NCBI GenBank assembly: GCA_963704765.1
Contig: CAVPHQ010000001.1
Location: 1,864,024-1,928,023, forward strand
DNA length: 64,000 nucleotides
Reading direction: 5' to 3'
Origin: an uncultured Alphaproteobacteria bacterium
GTDB taxonomy: Bacteria > Pseudomonadota > Alphaproteobacteria > Rhizobiales > Xanthobacteraceae
The notes below the pieces were generated by a model. That model did no database searches and was not told where the DNA came from. It saw only the letters and a program-made list of their open reading frames with translations. Position 1 is the stretch's first letter; every line of letters starts with the position of its first letter. The translations under genes were made by a program, and so were the position numbers. Positions 31,232 to 44,872 of the stretch are shown one piece after another.

Positions 31232-33062
31232 ATGTTCGAAGCCAAATTCCAGACCTTCGAGGACCGCGCCGCGGGCGGCGACAGCGCCGGGCGCGTCCAG
31301 GCGCTGCGCGCGGAGCTGAAGCGCCTGAAGCTCGACGGCTTCGTCGTCACCAGCGCCGACCGGCACCAGAGCGAATATGTGCCGCCTTCCGAGCAGCGGC
31401 TGGCCTGGCTCACCGGCTTCAGCGGCTCGACCGGCGCCGCAATGGTGCTGGCCGACAAGGCCGCGCTGTTCGTCGACGGCCGCTACACGCTGCAGGCCGC
31501 CGAACAGGCCGACAAAGCGGTGTTCGCCATCGAGCACCTGATCGACCGCACGCCCGAGGACTGGATCGCCGACAATCTCCCGGCCGGCGGCGCGCTCGGC
31601 TACGACCCCTGGCGCACCTCGCTCGACGGCGCCGAGCGGCTCGCCAAAGCCTGCGCGCGCGCCAAGGGCAAGCTCGTCGCGGTCGCGGACAATCCGCTCG
31701 ATACAAGTCTGGACCGACCGCCCGGCGCCGCCGCTCGCGCCCGTGGTGCTGCACGACCTGAAATACGCCGGCGAAAGCGCCGAGGCCAAGCTCGCGCGCA
31801 TCCGCGCCGAGCTGGAGAAGCAGAAGCTGCGACGCCGCCGTGCTCTCCGATCTCGCCTCGGTGGCCTGGACCTTCAATATCCGCGGCGGCGACGTGGCGC
31901 ACACGCCGGTCGCCCTCTCCTGGGCCATCGTGCCGCGCACCGGCCAGCCGCTGCTGTTCGTGGATTCGCGCAAGCTCTCGAACGAAGTGCGCGACGCGCT
32001 CGCCAAGCTCGCGGAGCTGCACGAGCGCGACCTGGAAGACGCGCTCGCGGCGCTCGGCCAAGGGCAAAACCATCCGGCTCGATCAGGCCACCGCGCCGCG
32101 CCGGCTCGCCGACGTGATCGAGAAAGTCGGCGGCACCGTCAGCAAAGGCGCCGATCCGGTCACCCGCATGAAGGCGGTGAAGAACGCGGCCGAGATCGCC
32201 GGCGCCCGCGCGGCGCATCCGCGCGACGGCGCGGCGCTGACGCGCTTTCTCGCCTGGCTCGACCGCGAAACGCCCACACGCCGCGTGAGCGAGATCGAGG
32301 CGGTGCAGGCGCTGGAAACCTTCCGCCGCGAGACCGGCAAGCTGAAGGATATTTCGTTCCCCACCATTTCCGGCTCGGGCCCGAACGGCGCCATCGTGCA
32401 TTATCGCGTGACGGAGAAGACCAACCGCAAGCTCAAATCCGGCGAGCTGTATCTGGTCGATTCCGGCGCCCAGTACGAGGACGGCACCACCGACGTGACG
32501 CGCACCGTCGCGATCGGCGAGCCGGGCGCGGAAATGCGCGAGCGCTTCACCCTCGTGCTCAAGGGCCATATCGCCATCGCCACCAGCGTATTTCCCGAAG
32601 GCGCGACCGGCGCGCAGATCGACGGCTTCGCGCGCGCGCCGCTGTGGGCCGCCGGCCTCGATTACGACCACGGCACCGGCCACGGCGTCGGCAGCTATCT
32701 CTCGGTGCACGAGGGCCCGGCGCGCATTTCCAAGCTCGGCACGCGCGCCGCTCGCCGCCGGCATGATCGTCTCCAACGAGCCCGGCTATTACAAGACCGG
32801 CGCCTACGGCATCCGCATCGAGAATCTCGTGCTGGTGGTCGCGGCGCCCGCGCCGGCAGGCGCCGAGAAGAAACTGCTCGGCTTCGAGACGCTGACGCGC
32901 GCGCCGATCGACCGGCGGCTGATCGATGCGCGTCTGCTCACGCGCGAGGAGATCGCCTGGCTCGACGCCTATCACGCGCTCGTGCGGAAAGAGCTCGAGC
33001 CCGCGCTGGATGCCGAGACGCGCAAGTGGCTGCAGGCCGCGACCGCGCCGATCGCTAAATAA
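31232..33062 (+). CDS. pepP: aminopeptidase P family (Xaa-Pro aminopeptidase, M24B), four +1 shifts as assembled (about 31705, 31838, 32062, 32745)
   Basis: Creatinase_N-like N-terminus, then YLVDSGAQYEDGTTDVTRT, HGTGHGVGSYLSVHEGP and VSNEPGYYKTGAYGIRIENL. Assembled from ORFs 31232, 31743, 31840, 31232 again and 32763. Confidence 0.85.
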
Positions 33063-33162
33063 CGTCGCATTCCTGTATTTTGCCGCTATTGACGGAATAG
33101 ACCTGTTAAGCGAGCTTGCCGGAAAGCTGCGCGAATTCGCGCCTCACGCCATTGGAGCACTC

Positions 33163-34238
33163 ATGGGCTGCTGCGACGAAGATCATGCCGCGCCGATCCG
33201 CCCCGGCCTGACCAGCGCCGATCTGGCGCCGCCCGACGTTTCCCGCCGCTCGATCCTGAAAGGCATCGGCGCCATCGCCGGCGCGCTTTCGGCCGCCGGC
33301 CCGGCCGGCGCGCAAACCGCGCCGCTGAAGAAGCTCAAGCTCGCCTTCTGCAGCCAGATCCTCTGCATCATTCCCTACGAGGTCGCGCGCGCGCACGGCC
33401 ACTGGAAGAACCACGGCCTCGACGTGGAGCTGGTCTATGCCCGCGGCGGCAACAACGCGATGCAGGCGCTGGTCGGCGGCGCCGTGGACTATGCCGCGAC
33501 CGCGCTCGATGTCGCGATCCAGGCTTACGCCAAGGGCGCCGAGATCAAGCGCTTCGCCACCACCGGCCGCCTGCCGCTGTTCGCGCTGGTCACCGCGCCG
33601 AAGAACAAAGAAACGATCAAGAGCGTGAAGGATCTGGAGGGCAAGACCGTCGGCGTCTCCGGCCTCGGCCAGGCCGACCATGCGCTGCTGCTGTTCCTGC
33701 TGAAGCAGGCCAACGCCGACCAGAACAAGGTGCAGTTCGCGACCCTCGGCGTGAACATCCTGGAAGCCTTGAATCAAGGCCAGGTCGATGCCGGGCTGGT
33801 GCAGGAGCCGGCGCTCACCATCCTGACGCGCGCCGGCGCGCGCACGCTGGTGAACGCCATGGATCTGCGCCGACGCGCAGAAATATCTCGGCGGGCCGTA
33901 CGAGTTCATGGGCGTCTCGGTGCTGACCAAGGAAATCCCCGCGCGCCGCGCCGAGATGATCGCGCTCGCCAAGGGCCTCGACGACGCGCTCAAGGCCATG
34001 CCCAAGATGAAGCCCGAGGACATGGTCGGCGCGCTGCCGAAGGAGCTGCTCGCCGGCGCCAACGTGGCCGATCTGGTCGAGTCGCTGCGGCGCTACGGCG
34101 TCTCGCTCTATCCCGACAAGGTGACGATCGACCTCGCCTCCTCGCGCCGCGTCGCCGACACGCTCGAAGATCGCCGGGCTGCTCAAGGCCGACGCCGACG
34201 TGACCGGTCTGCAAGACACCACGATCGTCGGAGGGTAA
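33163..34238 (+). CDS. ABC transporter substrate-binding protein (NMT1/THI5-like, NitT/TauT family), Tat signal, two +1 shifts (about 33867, about 34166)
   Basis: SRRSILKGIGAIAGALSAAGPAGA twin-arginine signal. The body is in ORF 32926..34203, then 33908..34330, then a third frame ending ...LQDTTIVGG followed by a stop. Confidence 0.75.
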
Positions 34239-34239
34239 G

Positions 34240-34999
34240 TCCCTGCGCGTCCGTAATCTGTCGCTCTCCTATGGCGGCGAGCCGGTCGTCGAGGGCGCCA
34301 GCCTCGAGGTCGGCACCGGCCAGTTCGTGAGCCTGGTCGGGCCCTCCGGCTCCGGCAAATCGAGCGTGATGCGCGCCATCATCGGGCTGCAGCAGCCGCT
34401 CGAAGGCACCATCGAACTCCAGCTCGACCCGACCGAGGTCGGAATTCTGTTTCAGGACGACGCGCTGCTTGCCCTGGCGCACCGCGCGCGACAACGTCGC
34501 GCTCGGCCTCGGCTTCCGCGGCATGGGCCGCGCCGAGGCGCTGGAGGTGGCCGACGGCTGGCTCGGCCGGCTCGGCCTTTCCGGCTTCGGCGACCGCTAC
34601 CCGCGCCACATGAGCGGCGGGCAGCGCAAGCGCGTGGCGCTGGCGCAAGTGCTCGCGCTCAAGCCCAGGCTGCTCCTGATGGACGAGCCCTTCGCCTCGC
34701 TCGACGCCATCGTGCGCATGACCGTGGTCAAGGACCTGGTGGGGCTGGTCCAGCAAGAGCGCATCAGCGTGCTGCTCGTCACCCACGATCTGGAAGAAGC
34801 GATCGCGCTCTCCGACAGCGTCTATCTCCTGTCGCAGGGCCCGCGCGCGACCATCACCCAGCACTATTCCGTGCCGATCCCGCGCCCGCGCGACCCGGTG
34901 CACGCGCGCACGCATCCGGCCTTCGCACCGCTCCTGGCCAAGCTCTGGAGCGATCTCTCCAACGAGGTGACCCGCATCGCCCCGGCGGAGGCCGCCTGA
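34240..34999 (+). CDS. ABC transporter ATP-binding protein, +1 shift near 34465, start codon unclear
   Basis: Walker A GPSGSGKSS, signature MSGGQRKRVALA, Walker B LLLMDEPF. No ATG/GTG/TTG lies between the in-frame stop at 34201 and the Walker A. Confidence 0.8.
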
Positions 35000-35761
35000 T
35001 GTCGGCCGCGTCATCGAATTTTGGGCGGCCCTTGCGCCAGCTCGTGGCGCTCGCGATCCTGCTCCTGCTCTGGCAAGCCGCGGGCTGGGCCGGTTATTTG
35101 AACCCGCTCTATATGCCGACGCCCGCGCAGATCTGGGGCGCGCTGGTGGAGCTGTTCGCCGAGGGCCGCATCTGGCCGCATCTGGAGGCGACCTTCACCG
35201 CGGCGCTCGTGGGCCTGGCGCTCGGGATCGTCGTCGGCGTGCTGCTCGGCGTATTGGCGGCGCTCATCCCGCTGGTGGCCGAGCTGCTCGAGCCGGTGAT
35301 GCTGTTGCTTGAACGCGGTGCCGCGCGTGATTCTCGCGCCGCTGTTCGTGATCTGGCTCGGCATCGGCGTCGCCTCCAAGGTGGCGCTCGCCTTCATCCT
35401 GGTCTCGGTGGTGATCTTCTTCACCGTCTTCAGCGGCATCCGCCAGGTCGACCGCAAGCTGGTGGATCGCGTCACCACGCTCGGCGGCGACCGCTGGGCG
35501 CTCCTGCGCCACGTGTACCTGCCGTCGGTCGCTTCCTGGGTGCTCGGGAATCTCAAGGTCGCCGTCGGCTTCGCCTTCACCGGCGCCTGCGTCGGCGAGT
35601 TCGTCGCCGCCAGCCGCGGCCTCGGCTATCTGCTCTCCTTCGCCCAGAGCACCTACAACGCCGCGCTCATGATGGCGCTGATCCTGATGATCATGGTGGT
35701 GGTGCTCGTCATCTTCGCGCTCGCCAACCGGCTCGAAAAACGGCTGCTGCGCTGGAACTAG
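34999..35761 (+). CDS. ABC transporter permease (BPD_transp_1), +1 shift near 35305
   Basis: The ATG overlaps the ATPase stop (ATGA). ...VPRVILAPLFVIWLGIGVASKVALAF... continues in ORF 35309..35761. Confidence 0.8.
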
Positions 35762-35762
35762 G

Positions 35763-35809
35763 CATGATCCCGAAAAGTGCGAAACCGGTTTTCGGAAAAG
35801 GATCATGCC
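35763..35809. repeat. nested hairpin (REP-like or terminator)
   Basis: GCATGATCC-CGAAAA-gtgcgaaaccgg-TTTTCG-gaaaa-GGATCATGC, immediately after the permease stop. Confidence 0.45.
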
Positions 35810-35839
35810 TGAACGGAATGAGCGAGATATCTGTCTGAC

Positions 35840-36267
35840 ATGACTGCGACCTGCCGCGAAGCCTGCTGCAGCGTGATGCCGCGCCAATCGGTGACCGAGC
35901 TGTTCGAGCGCGGCTATCGGCGAAACTACGCAGCCCCGCTCTCGATCCGTGGCGCTGCCCGCACCGACGCCGAGGGCAATCGCGCCGAATTCTGCCTCGA
36001 GCTTTCCGCCGGCCGCATCGCCGCCATCGGCTTCCATGCCACCACTTGCGCGACGCTGATCGCCTATAGCGAGCTGATCGCCGAGACCGTACCCGGTTTC
36101 GCCGTCGCGATCGCGCGCGAATTTTCCGCCGCCGATCTCGTCGACGCGCTTGAGGGCGTTCCCGAACAGAAGCGCGCCCGCGCCGCGCTCGCCATTGCAG
36201 CTTTTCGCGCCGCGCTCGACGCGGCCGGGTCACGCCAACCGGTCAACCCAGTGGGAGTCCCAGATGA
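35840..36267 (+). CDS. NifU-N/IscU-fold-like protein with incomplete Cys triad (3' end uncertain)
   Basis: EFCLELSAGRIAAIGFHATTCATLIAYSELIAETVPG...VPEQKRARAALAIAAFRAAL resembles the IscU scaffold pattern. As read, the frame has no stop until 36820. A +1 shift would end it at TGA 36265-36267, overlapping the next ATG. Confidence 0.45.
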
Positions 36268-36602
36268 AAGTCGCCTATATCTTCGCCACCTCGCGCCACA
36301 CCGTTTCCTACGTGCTCGGAAAAATGATCCTTCCGCAGCTCGAGGAGAACCGGCACGGCGTCACCGTGGTCGGCATGTTCTTCTTCGAGGACAACAACTA
36401 CGTGCTGATGAAGGGCAACCCGATCGGCGACCGGCTGCACAAGGTCGCCAAGAAAACCGGCATGCTGCTGATGGGCTGCGACCAATGCTGCTACGAGCGC
36501 GAGATCGCCGACAAGCTGTTCGACGGCGTGCCGATCGGCTGCTTCCCCGATCTCTACAAGGCGCTGTCGGGCAACATGCCGGACCAGGTGATTACGCTCT
36601 GA
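36264..36602 (+). CDS. DsrE/DsrF-like family protein
   Basis: 112 aa. RBS GGGAG. MKVAYIFATSRH...GMLLMGCDQCCYERE. Small alpha/beta sulfur-relay-like pattern. Confidence 0.55.
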   Translation: MKVAYIFATSRHTVSYVLGKMILPQLEENRHGVTVVGMFFFEDNNYVLMKGNPIGDRLHKVAKKTGMLLMGCDQCCYEREIADKLFDGVPIGCFPDLYKALSGNMPDQVITL

Positions 36603-36623
36603 GCCTACGGCGATTGCGAACGT

Positions 36624-36716
36624 CGTCATGGCCGGGCTGTCCCGGACCATCCACGTCTAGCGATCGACGAAAAGTTCAGAAGGCGTGGATCGCCCGGCAC
36701 AAGGCCGGGCATGACG
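36624..36716. repeat. composite nested-palindrome element, family B
   Basis: GTCATGGCCGGGCtgtCCCGGACCATCCACG ... CGTGGATCGCCCGGcacaaGGCCGGGCATGAC. Confidence 0.7.
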
Positions 36717-36717
36717 A

Positions 36718-38968
<2,251 letters not shown>

Positions 38969-38972
38969 GCTC

Positions 38973-40650
38973 CTACGCCGCCCCGGCGATCAGCCGCGCG
39001 GCGGCCTTGCGCGCTTCGTCGGTCACTTTCTCGCCCGCCAGCATGCGCGCCACTTCCTCACGCCGCGCCGCCGCGTCAAGCATATGCACGCGGGTCGCCA
39101 CCCGCTTGCCCTTGTCCACCGGCGTCTTCTCGACCATGAAATGGTTGGCCGCGCGCGCGGCCACCTGCGGCGCATGGGTGACGGCGAGCACCTGCACCCG
39201 CTGCCCGAGGCGCGCGAGCCGCGCGCCGATCGCGTCCGACACCGCGCCGCCGACCGAGCTGTCGACTTCGTCGAACACCAGCGTCGGCGCCGAGCCGCGG
39301 TCGGCGAGCGCGACCTTGAGCGCCAGCAGAAAGCGCGCCAGCTCGCCGCCGGAGGCCACTTTCATCATCGGCCCCGGTTTGGCGCCCGGATTGGTCCGCA
39401 CCCAGAACTCGACCCGGTCGTAGCCGTCCGGCCCCGGCGCGGCCGCGTCGCTCGTAATTTCCGTAATGAACTCTGCCCGCTCGAGCTTGAGCGGCTTCAA
39501 CTCCTTGTTGACGGCCGCATCGAGCGCCTCCGCACCCTTCTTCCGGGCATTGGAAAGTCGCACCGCCTCGCCCCGATAGGCGCCCTCGGCCTGTTTGGCG
39601 GCCGTGGCCAAGGCTTTCAGCCGCTCCTCGCCCTGATCGATGGCCTCAAGATCCGCGGTAAATCGCGCCACCACTTCCGGCAGCTTATCGACAGTCGACG
39701 AGTATTTCCGCGCCGCCGCGCGCAGGGCGAACAAGCCGCTCTTCGATGCGCTCCAATTCCTTCGGGTCGAAATCGGCCAGCGCCAGCGCGGCCTCGAGCC
39801 CGGCGCGGGCCTCTTCCAGCCCATGCAGCGCCGTGTCGAGCGCCTTCACCGGCCCGGCGACGAGGTCGGAAGCCTCGCCGGAGCGGCGCTCCAGCTTGCG
39901 CAAGGCCGCCGAAAGGATCGGCACCGGCGAAGCCGCGCCCGCCACCGCCTCGTGCGCCTCGCGCAGATCGCCGGAAATCTTTTCCGCCCGCATCAGCATG
40001 GCGCGCTTCTCGGCGAAGGCCTGTTCCTCGCCCGGCTGCGGAGCGAGCGCCTTCAGTTCCTCGACCGCATGGCGCACGTAATCGGCATCGCCCAGCGCAC
40101 GCGCGAGCCGCTCCCGCTCGGCCTTCTCGTCTGCCTCCGCCTCGCGCCAGATACCCCATAGGCGGCGCACCTCGGCCGCGCGATCGGCGTGGCCGGCAAA
40201 GGCATCGAGCAACATGCGATGCGTGGCCTGATCCACCAGCGCGCGCTCATCGTGCTGGCCGTGGATTTCCACCAGCTTGCCGCCGACCTCGCGCAGCACC
40301 TGCACGCTCACCGGCTGGTCGTTGATGAACGCGCGCGTGCGCCCGTCAGCCAGCTGCACGCGGCGCAGGATCAGCTCGCCTTCGTCGTCGATATCGAGAT
40401 CGTTGGTTTTCAGCACCGCGAGCGCCGGGTGATCCTTTTTCACGTCGAACGCCGCGACCACCTGCCCATGCTCGGCGCCCTGGCGCACCAGCGCCGCGTC
40501 GCCGCGGCTGCCGAGCGCGAGCGCGAACGCGTCGAGCACGATCGACTTGCCCGCGCCGGTCTCCCCGGTCAGCACCGTGAGCCGCGCGGCGAGATCGAGA
40601 TCGAGCTTCTCGATGAGGACGATGTCGCGAATCGAAAGATGGGTCAGCAT
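38973..40650 (-). CDS. recN: DNA repair protein RecN, +1 shift near 39732
   Basis: MLTHLSIRDIVLIEKLDLDL...LTGETGAGKSI in ORF 39685..40662. The C-terminus SGGELARFLLALK...LVFDEVDSSVGG is in ORF 38973..39824. Confidence 0.9.
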
Positions 40651-40753
40651 GGCCGGCTGCAAGTCTAGCGCAAGAACGAAGCGTGAAAAGCCGCCACGGG
40701 GGCCCGCTCACAGAAGACGTTCGCCTACCAGAATGAGCGAAAGAGCAGCCTCT

Positions 40754-40821
40754 CCGCTCATTCCCGCGAAGGCGGGCATCCAGTCGAGCTGTTGGATTCC
40801 AGCTTACGCGGGAATCAGCGG
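40754..40821. repeat. REP-like nested palindrome, family A
   Basis: CCGCTCATTCCCGCgaagGCGGGCATCCAG...GGATTCCAGCttaCGCGGGAATCAGCGG. Confidence 0.65.
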
Positions 40822-40827
40822 ATGGAG

Positions 40828-41740
40828 TTAATTGCCGATGATGAGCCGCGTGACCGAGCTGGCGCTGAACGTGCCGAACGCCTTGCTGATCCAGGATTGC
40901 TTGTTCTCGCGCGGCTCCAGCCCGCCCGATCTGCACCAGCTTGAACGCGTCCTGGTACCAGGGGCTGTCCGGGAAATTGTGCCCGAGCACGGCGGCCGCG
41001 GTCTGCGCCTCGTTCACGATGCCGAGCGCCATATAGGCCTCGGTCAGCCGCATCAGCGCCTCTTCGACGTGCCGCGTGGTCTGGTACTGCGTGACCACGG
41101 CCTTGAAGCGGTTGATGGCGCCGGTGTAGTTGCGCCGATCGAGATTCCAGCGGCCGATCATCATTTCCTTGCCGGCGAGCTGGTCGCGCGCGACCTCGAC
41201 CTTCTTTTTGGCGCTCTCGGCATACTCGGTATTGGGATATTTGCGCATCACCTCGTCGAGCGCGGTCAGCGCGCGTTCGGTCCGGCCCTGGTCGCGGGTG
41301 ATGTCGGGGATCTGGTCGAAATAGGATGAGGCCATCAGGTATTGCGCATAGGCCGCGTCGGTGCTGCCCGGATGCAGCGTCACGTAGCGCCGCGCCGCCT
41401 GGATCGTGTCCTCGTACTTGCCGCTCTCGTAGAATACGTACGCCGTCATCAGCAGCGATTTGCGTGCCCATTCCGAATAGGGGTGCTGGCGGTCGACCTC
41501 GATGAACTTCTTGGCGGCGTCGCCGTATTCGCGCCGGTTCATGAGCGTGAGGCCTTCGTTGTAGAGCTTGTCGGCCGGCTGCTCGGCCAGAAGACCGTCG
41601 TCCTCCTTGGCGCCGAACAGGCTATTGAGCGAGAAATCGCCGAACGAAGCGCAGCCGCCGAGCGGAAGCGCCAGCACGGCGGCCAGCCACAGGGCCGCGC
41701 TGAGAGAGATGCTGCGATGGGTGCGAGGAATGCGACGCAT
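40828..41740 (-). CDS. bamD: outer membrane protein assembly factor BamD, +1 shift near 40924
   Basis: Lipobox LPLGGC and TPR-like body ...RQHPYSEWARKSLLMTAYVFYESGKY...LAGKEMMIGRWNLDRRNY. The true C-terminus ...GLEPRENKQSWISKAFGTF...IIGN and its stop are in another frame. Confidence 0.8.
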
Positions 41741-41858
41741 CAACCCTTGAAACCCCGTGGGAAGCTCGAAACGAGCCCTTCCGGACCGCGTTGTTGTAAC
41801 GAAAACGGCCGGTTCCCACCATGGCGCTAGCGGTGGAATCAGTCGCCTTTGTGGCGGG

Positions 41859-42806
41859 TTAGGAGAGGTCCGCGCCGTAGGCAGGGACTGCGGCCGGCAC
41901 GCCCACGCCGGCATGGCCGCGCTCGCGGCGGCCGGAGGGCTGAACCACGGCGGCGGCCGAACCGTCGGCGATCAGCGCCGCGACCACCATGGCATTGAGC
42001 TTATGGCCGCCGCGCACCGAGCGGTAACGCCCCAGGATCGGCAGGCCTGCGAGCGCCAGATCGCCGATGGCGTCGAGCGCCTTGTGACGGACGAACTCGT
42101 CGCGGAAGCGCAGGCCCTCCGGGTTCAGCACCCGGTCTTCAGCGAGGCAGATGGTGTTTTCCAGCGACGCGCCGCGCGCATAGCCGGCGCTCCACAGCTT
42201 CGCCACGTCCGACATGAAGCCGAAAGTACGGGCGCGCGCGAGGTCCCGGCGGAACACGTCGGGCGAAAGCGTCGCCGCATAGCGCTGGTGGCCGATCAGC
42301 TTGTGATCGAATTCAATATCGACTTCCAGCCGGAAGCCGCCGTCGAAGGGCAGCAGCTCGCCGCTGGCTAGGCCATCCTCGACCCGGATCGGCTTCAGCA
42401 CCTTGAGGAACCGGCGCTGTGCGGTCTGAACCCGGAGGCCGACGGCATCGATCGCCTCGACGAACGGAGCGGCGCTGCCGTCCAGGATCGGCATTTCGCT
42501 GCCCTCGACCTCGACCACCGCGTTGTCGATCCCGAGGCCCAGGAAGGCCGCCAGGAGATGCTCGACGGTCGAGCAGAGGGCGCCGTTGCCGTCGCCCAGA
42601 ACGGTCGCGAATTCGGTGTTGCGGACGGATCCGGGCGTGACCGCGATCATGCGGTCGGCGACGCCCTCCCGGCCGCGGCGGACGAAGACGATGCCGGTGT
42701 TCGGCTGGCCGGGGAGAATGGCGACCTTGGCCGGGTCCCCGCTATGGATGCCGCAGCCGACAAGCTCGACCCGCTTGGCAATGGTGTGCTGGAACTGTGT
42801 CCGCAT
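41859..42806 (-). CDS. lpxC: UDP-3-O-acyl-N-acetylglucosamine deacetylase
   Basis: QHTIAKRVELVGCGIHSG...STVEHLLAA...EFVRHKALDAIGDL...GGHKLN. Start at MRTQFQ. Confidence 0.92.
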   Translation of the reverse strand: MRTQFQHTIAKRVELVGCGIHSGDPAKVAILPGQPNTGIVFVRRGREGVADRMIAVTPGSVRNTEFATVLGDGNGALCSTVEHLLAAFLGLGIDNAVVEVEGSEMPILDGSAAPFVEAIDAVGLRVQTAQRRFLKVLKPIRVEDGLASGELLPFDGGFRLEVDIEFDHKLIGHQRYAATLSPDVFRRDLARARTFGFMSDVAKLWSAGYARGASLENTICLAEDRVLNPEGLRFRDEFVRHKALDAIGDLALAGLPILGRYRSVRGGHKLNAMVVAALIADGSAAAVVQPSGRRERGHAGVGVPAAVPAYGADLS

Positions 42807-43004
42807 TCCCCACGCCCCATCCCAAAAGCCGGCCCGGCCAGCTTCGGGACCCCCGTCCCACGCTCCGCAGCCCTTGATCACGCTTGGCCGCGATGGTTGG
42901 CGAAACACTACCGGCGGCCATGGGGAGGGGCCAAGTCACGGTTTCTTACCAACTGTTACCGGAATTAGGCCGCAAACATGCCACTTCTTGGCCACAGCGG
43001 ACCC

Positions 43005-43043
43005 TTGAAACGAAAGGCGCCCGGACCTCAGGGCCCGGGCGCC
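43005..43043 (-). terminator. rho-independent terminator downstream of ftsZ
   Basis: Stem GGCGCCCGG (43016-43024) / CCGGGCGCC (43035-43043), followed on the minus strand by TTTCGTTTCAA. Confidence 0.5.
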
Positions 43044-43070
43044 TGCGTTACCGAATCGATCCCCTGGCCT

Positions 43071-43126
43071 GGGGATTAGTTCGCCTGGCGGCGAACTTGG
43101 GGATTAGTTCGCCTGGCGGCGAAGGA
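43071..43126. repeat. 28-bp tandem duplication spanning the ftsZ stop codon
   Basis: GGGGATTAGTTCGCCTGGCGGCGAA occurs twice (43071-43095, 43099-43123). Each copy encodes ...RRQAN followed by a stop on the minus strand. Confidence 0.85.
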
Positions 43127-44789
43127 AGGCCGGAATCTCGAGCTCGTCGTCGTCGGCCGGCCGGCCGGGAGCCCGGCCATGCAGGTCGAGCGGCAGGCTG
43201 CGGCTGGCCGGACGCCGGGCGTATTCGGATACCTGTTCGGCCGTGCGCCGCTCTGCCGCCGGACGCGCGTCTGGATCGACCGGCCGCGAGGGCGGACGGG
43301 CGACCGGCCGCTGGGCCGGGGCTTCCTCTTCTTCGCGCCGACCCATGCCGACATTGGCCAGGCGCTGCAGCAGCGTGGTTCTGCGCTTTTCGGCCGAATG
43401 ATGCTCGGACGGCTCGCCGCGGCTGGCGCGAATTTCGTTCTGCGCGGGGATCGGCAGCTCATCGACCCGTGGCATGCGCGGCATTCTTGCCGGCTGCTCC
43501 GCCCGCGGCGGAATATAGGGCCGCTCCGGCTCGTCCATCGGATCGTGCGCGCGCGGCTCGTCGAACACCGGCTCGAAGAAGGTCGGCTTCGCCGCGACCG
43601 GCCGCAGCGTCACGTCGTCGATGGCGGTTTCGTGTGAGAGCGGCGGCAGCTCGTCATAGCCGTCGTCTTCGTGCTGGGCCGGCGCGCGATAGGCGTGCTC
43701 GCGCATGGCCTCCATCGAAGGCCGCGGCAATTCACGCCGCGTTTCCACCGTGCGCTGGATGCGCTGGCGCGCGATCGGATCGGTGATGCGCTCGACGGCG
43801 GCCGGGTTGGCGGCCGGGATCAGCGCCGGATCGATGCCGGTCGCCACCACCGAGACGCGCACGAGGCCCTCCAAACTCTGATCGAAGGTAGCGCCGAGAA
43901 TGATATTGGCGTCGGGATCGACTTCCTCGCGGATGCGCGAGGCCGCTTCGTCCACTTCGTACAGCGTGAGGTCCTTGCCGCCGGTGATCGAGATGAGCAG
44001 CCCGCGCGCGCCGCGCATGGAGACTTCATCGAGCAGCGGATTGGAGATCGCCGCCTCGGCCGCCTTGATCGCGCGCTTCTCGCCCGAGGCCTCGCCGGTG
44101 CCCATCATCGCCTTGCCCATTTCGCGCATCACCGCGCGCACGTCGGCGAAATCGAGATTGATCAGCCCTTCCTTGACCATCAGGTCGGTAATGCAGGCGA
44201 CGCCCGAATAGAGCACCTGGTCGGCCATGGCGAAGGCATCGGCGAAGGTGGTCTTCTCGTTGGCGACGCGGAACAGATTCTGGTTCGGGATCACGATCAG
44301 CGTGTCGACATGCTGCGCGAGCTCCTGGATGCCGTTTTCGGCGATCCGCATGCGCCGCTGGCCCTCGAAGTGGAACGGCTTGGTGATGACGCCGACGGTG
44401 AGCAGACCGATCTCTTTCGCGACCCGCGCGATGACGGGCGCCGCCCCGGTGCCGGTGCCGCCGCCCATGCCGGCGGTGACGAACACCATGTGCGCGCCCG
44501 AAAGATGGTCGCGGATTTCGTCGATCGCCTCCTCGGCGGCCGCCCGGCCGACCTCGGGATGAGAGCCGGCGCCGAGTCCTTGCGTCGCCTCGACGCCCAT
44601 CTGGATCACCCGCTCGGCCTTGGAGGTCGTGAGCGCCTGCGCGTCGGTATTGGCGCAGACGAAATCGACCCCCGAGAGTCCCGCCGTGATCATGTTGTTG
44701 ACGGCATTGCCGCCGGCACCGCCGACGCCGAACACGACCAGATGCGGCTTGAGCTCCCGGATGTCGGGTACCTTGAGATTGATCGCCAT
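43104..44789 (-). CDS. ftsZ: cell division GTPase FtsZ
   Basis: [24 protein letters not shown], a long Pro/Arg/Glu linker and C-terminal [11 protein letters not shown]. Intact at 561 aa. Confidence 0.97.
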   Translation of the reverse strand: MAINLKVPDIRELKPHLVVFGVGGAGGNAVNNMITAGLSGVDFVCANTDAQALTTSKAERVIQMGVEATQGLGAGSHPEVGRAAAEEAIDEIRDHLSGAHMVFVTAGMGGGTGTGAAPVIARVAKEIGLLTVGVITKPFHFEGQRRMRIAENGIQELAQHVDTLIVIPNQNLFRVANEKTTFADAFAMADQVLYSGVACITDLMVKEGLINLDFADVRAVMREMGKAMMGTGEASGEKRAIKAAEAAISNPLLDEVSMRGARGLLISITGGKDLTLYEVDEAASRIREEVDPDANIILGATFDQSLEGLVRVSVVATGIDPALIPAANPAAVERITDPIARQRIQRTVETRRELPRPSMEAMREHAYRAPAQHEDDGYDELPPLSHETAIDDVTLRPVAAKPTFFEPVFDEPRAHDPMDEPERPYIPPRAEQPARMPRMPRVDELPIPAQNEIRASRGEPSEHHSAEKRRTTLLQRLANVGMGRREEEEAPAQRPVARPPSRPVDPDARPAAERRTAEQVSEYARRPASRSLPLDLHGRAPGRPADDDELEIPAFLRRQAN

Positions 44790-44872
44790 CGTCTTCGTCC
44801 TTTCGGGCAGTCAGCCGCCCCTGCTTATGGTCCCCACCACTGCGCCGAATCACGCCGACGCATTCTTATCGC

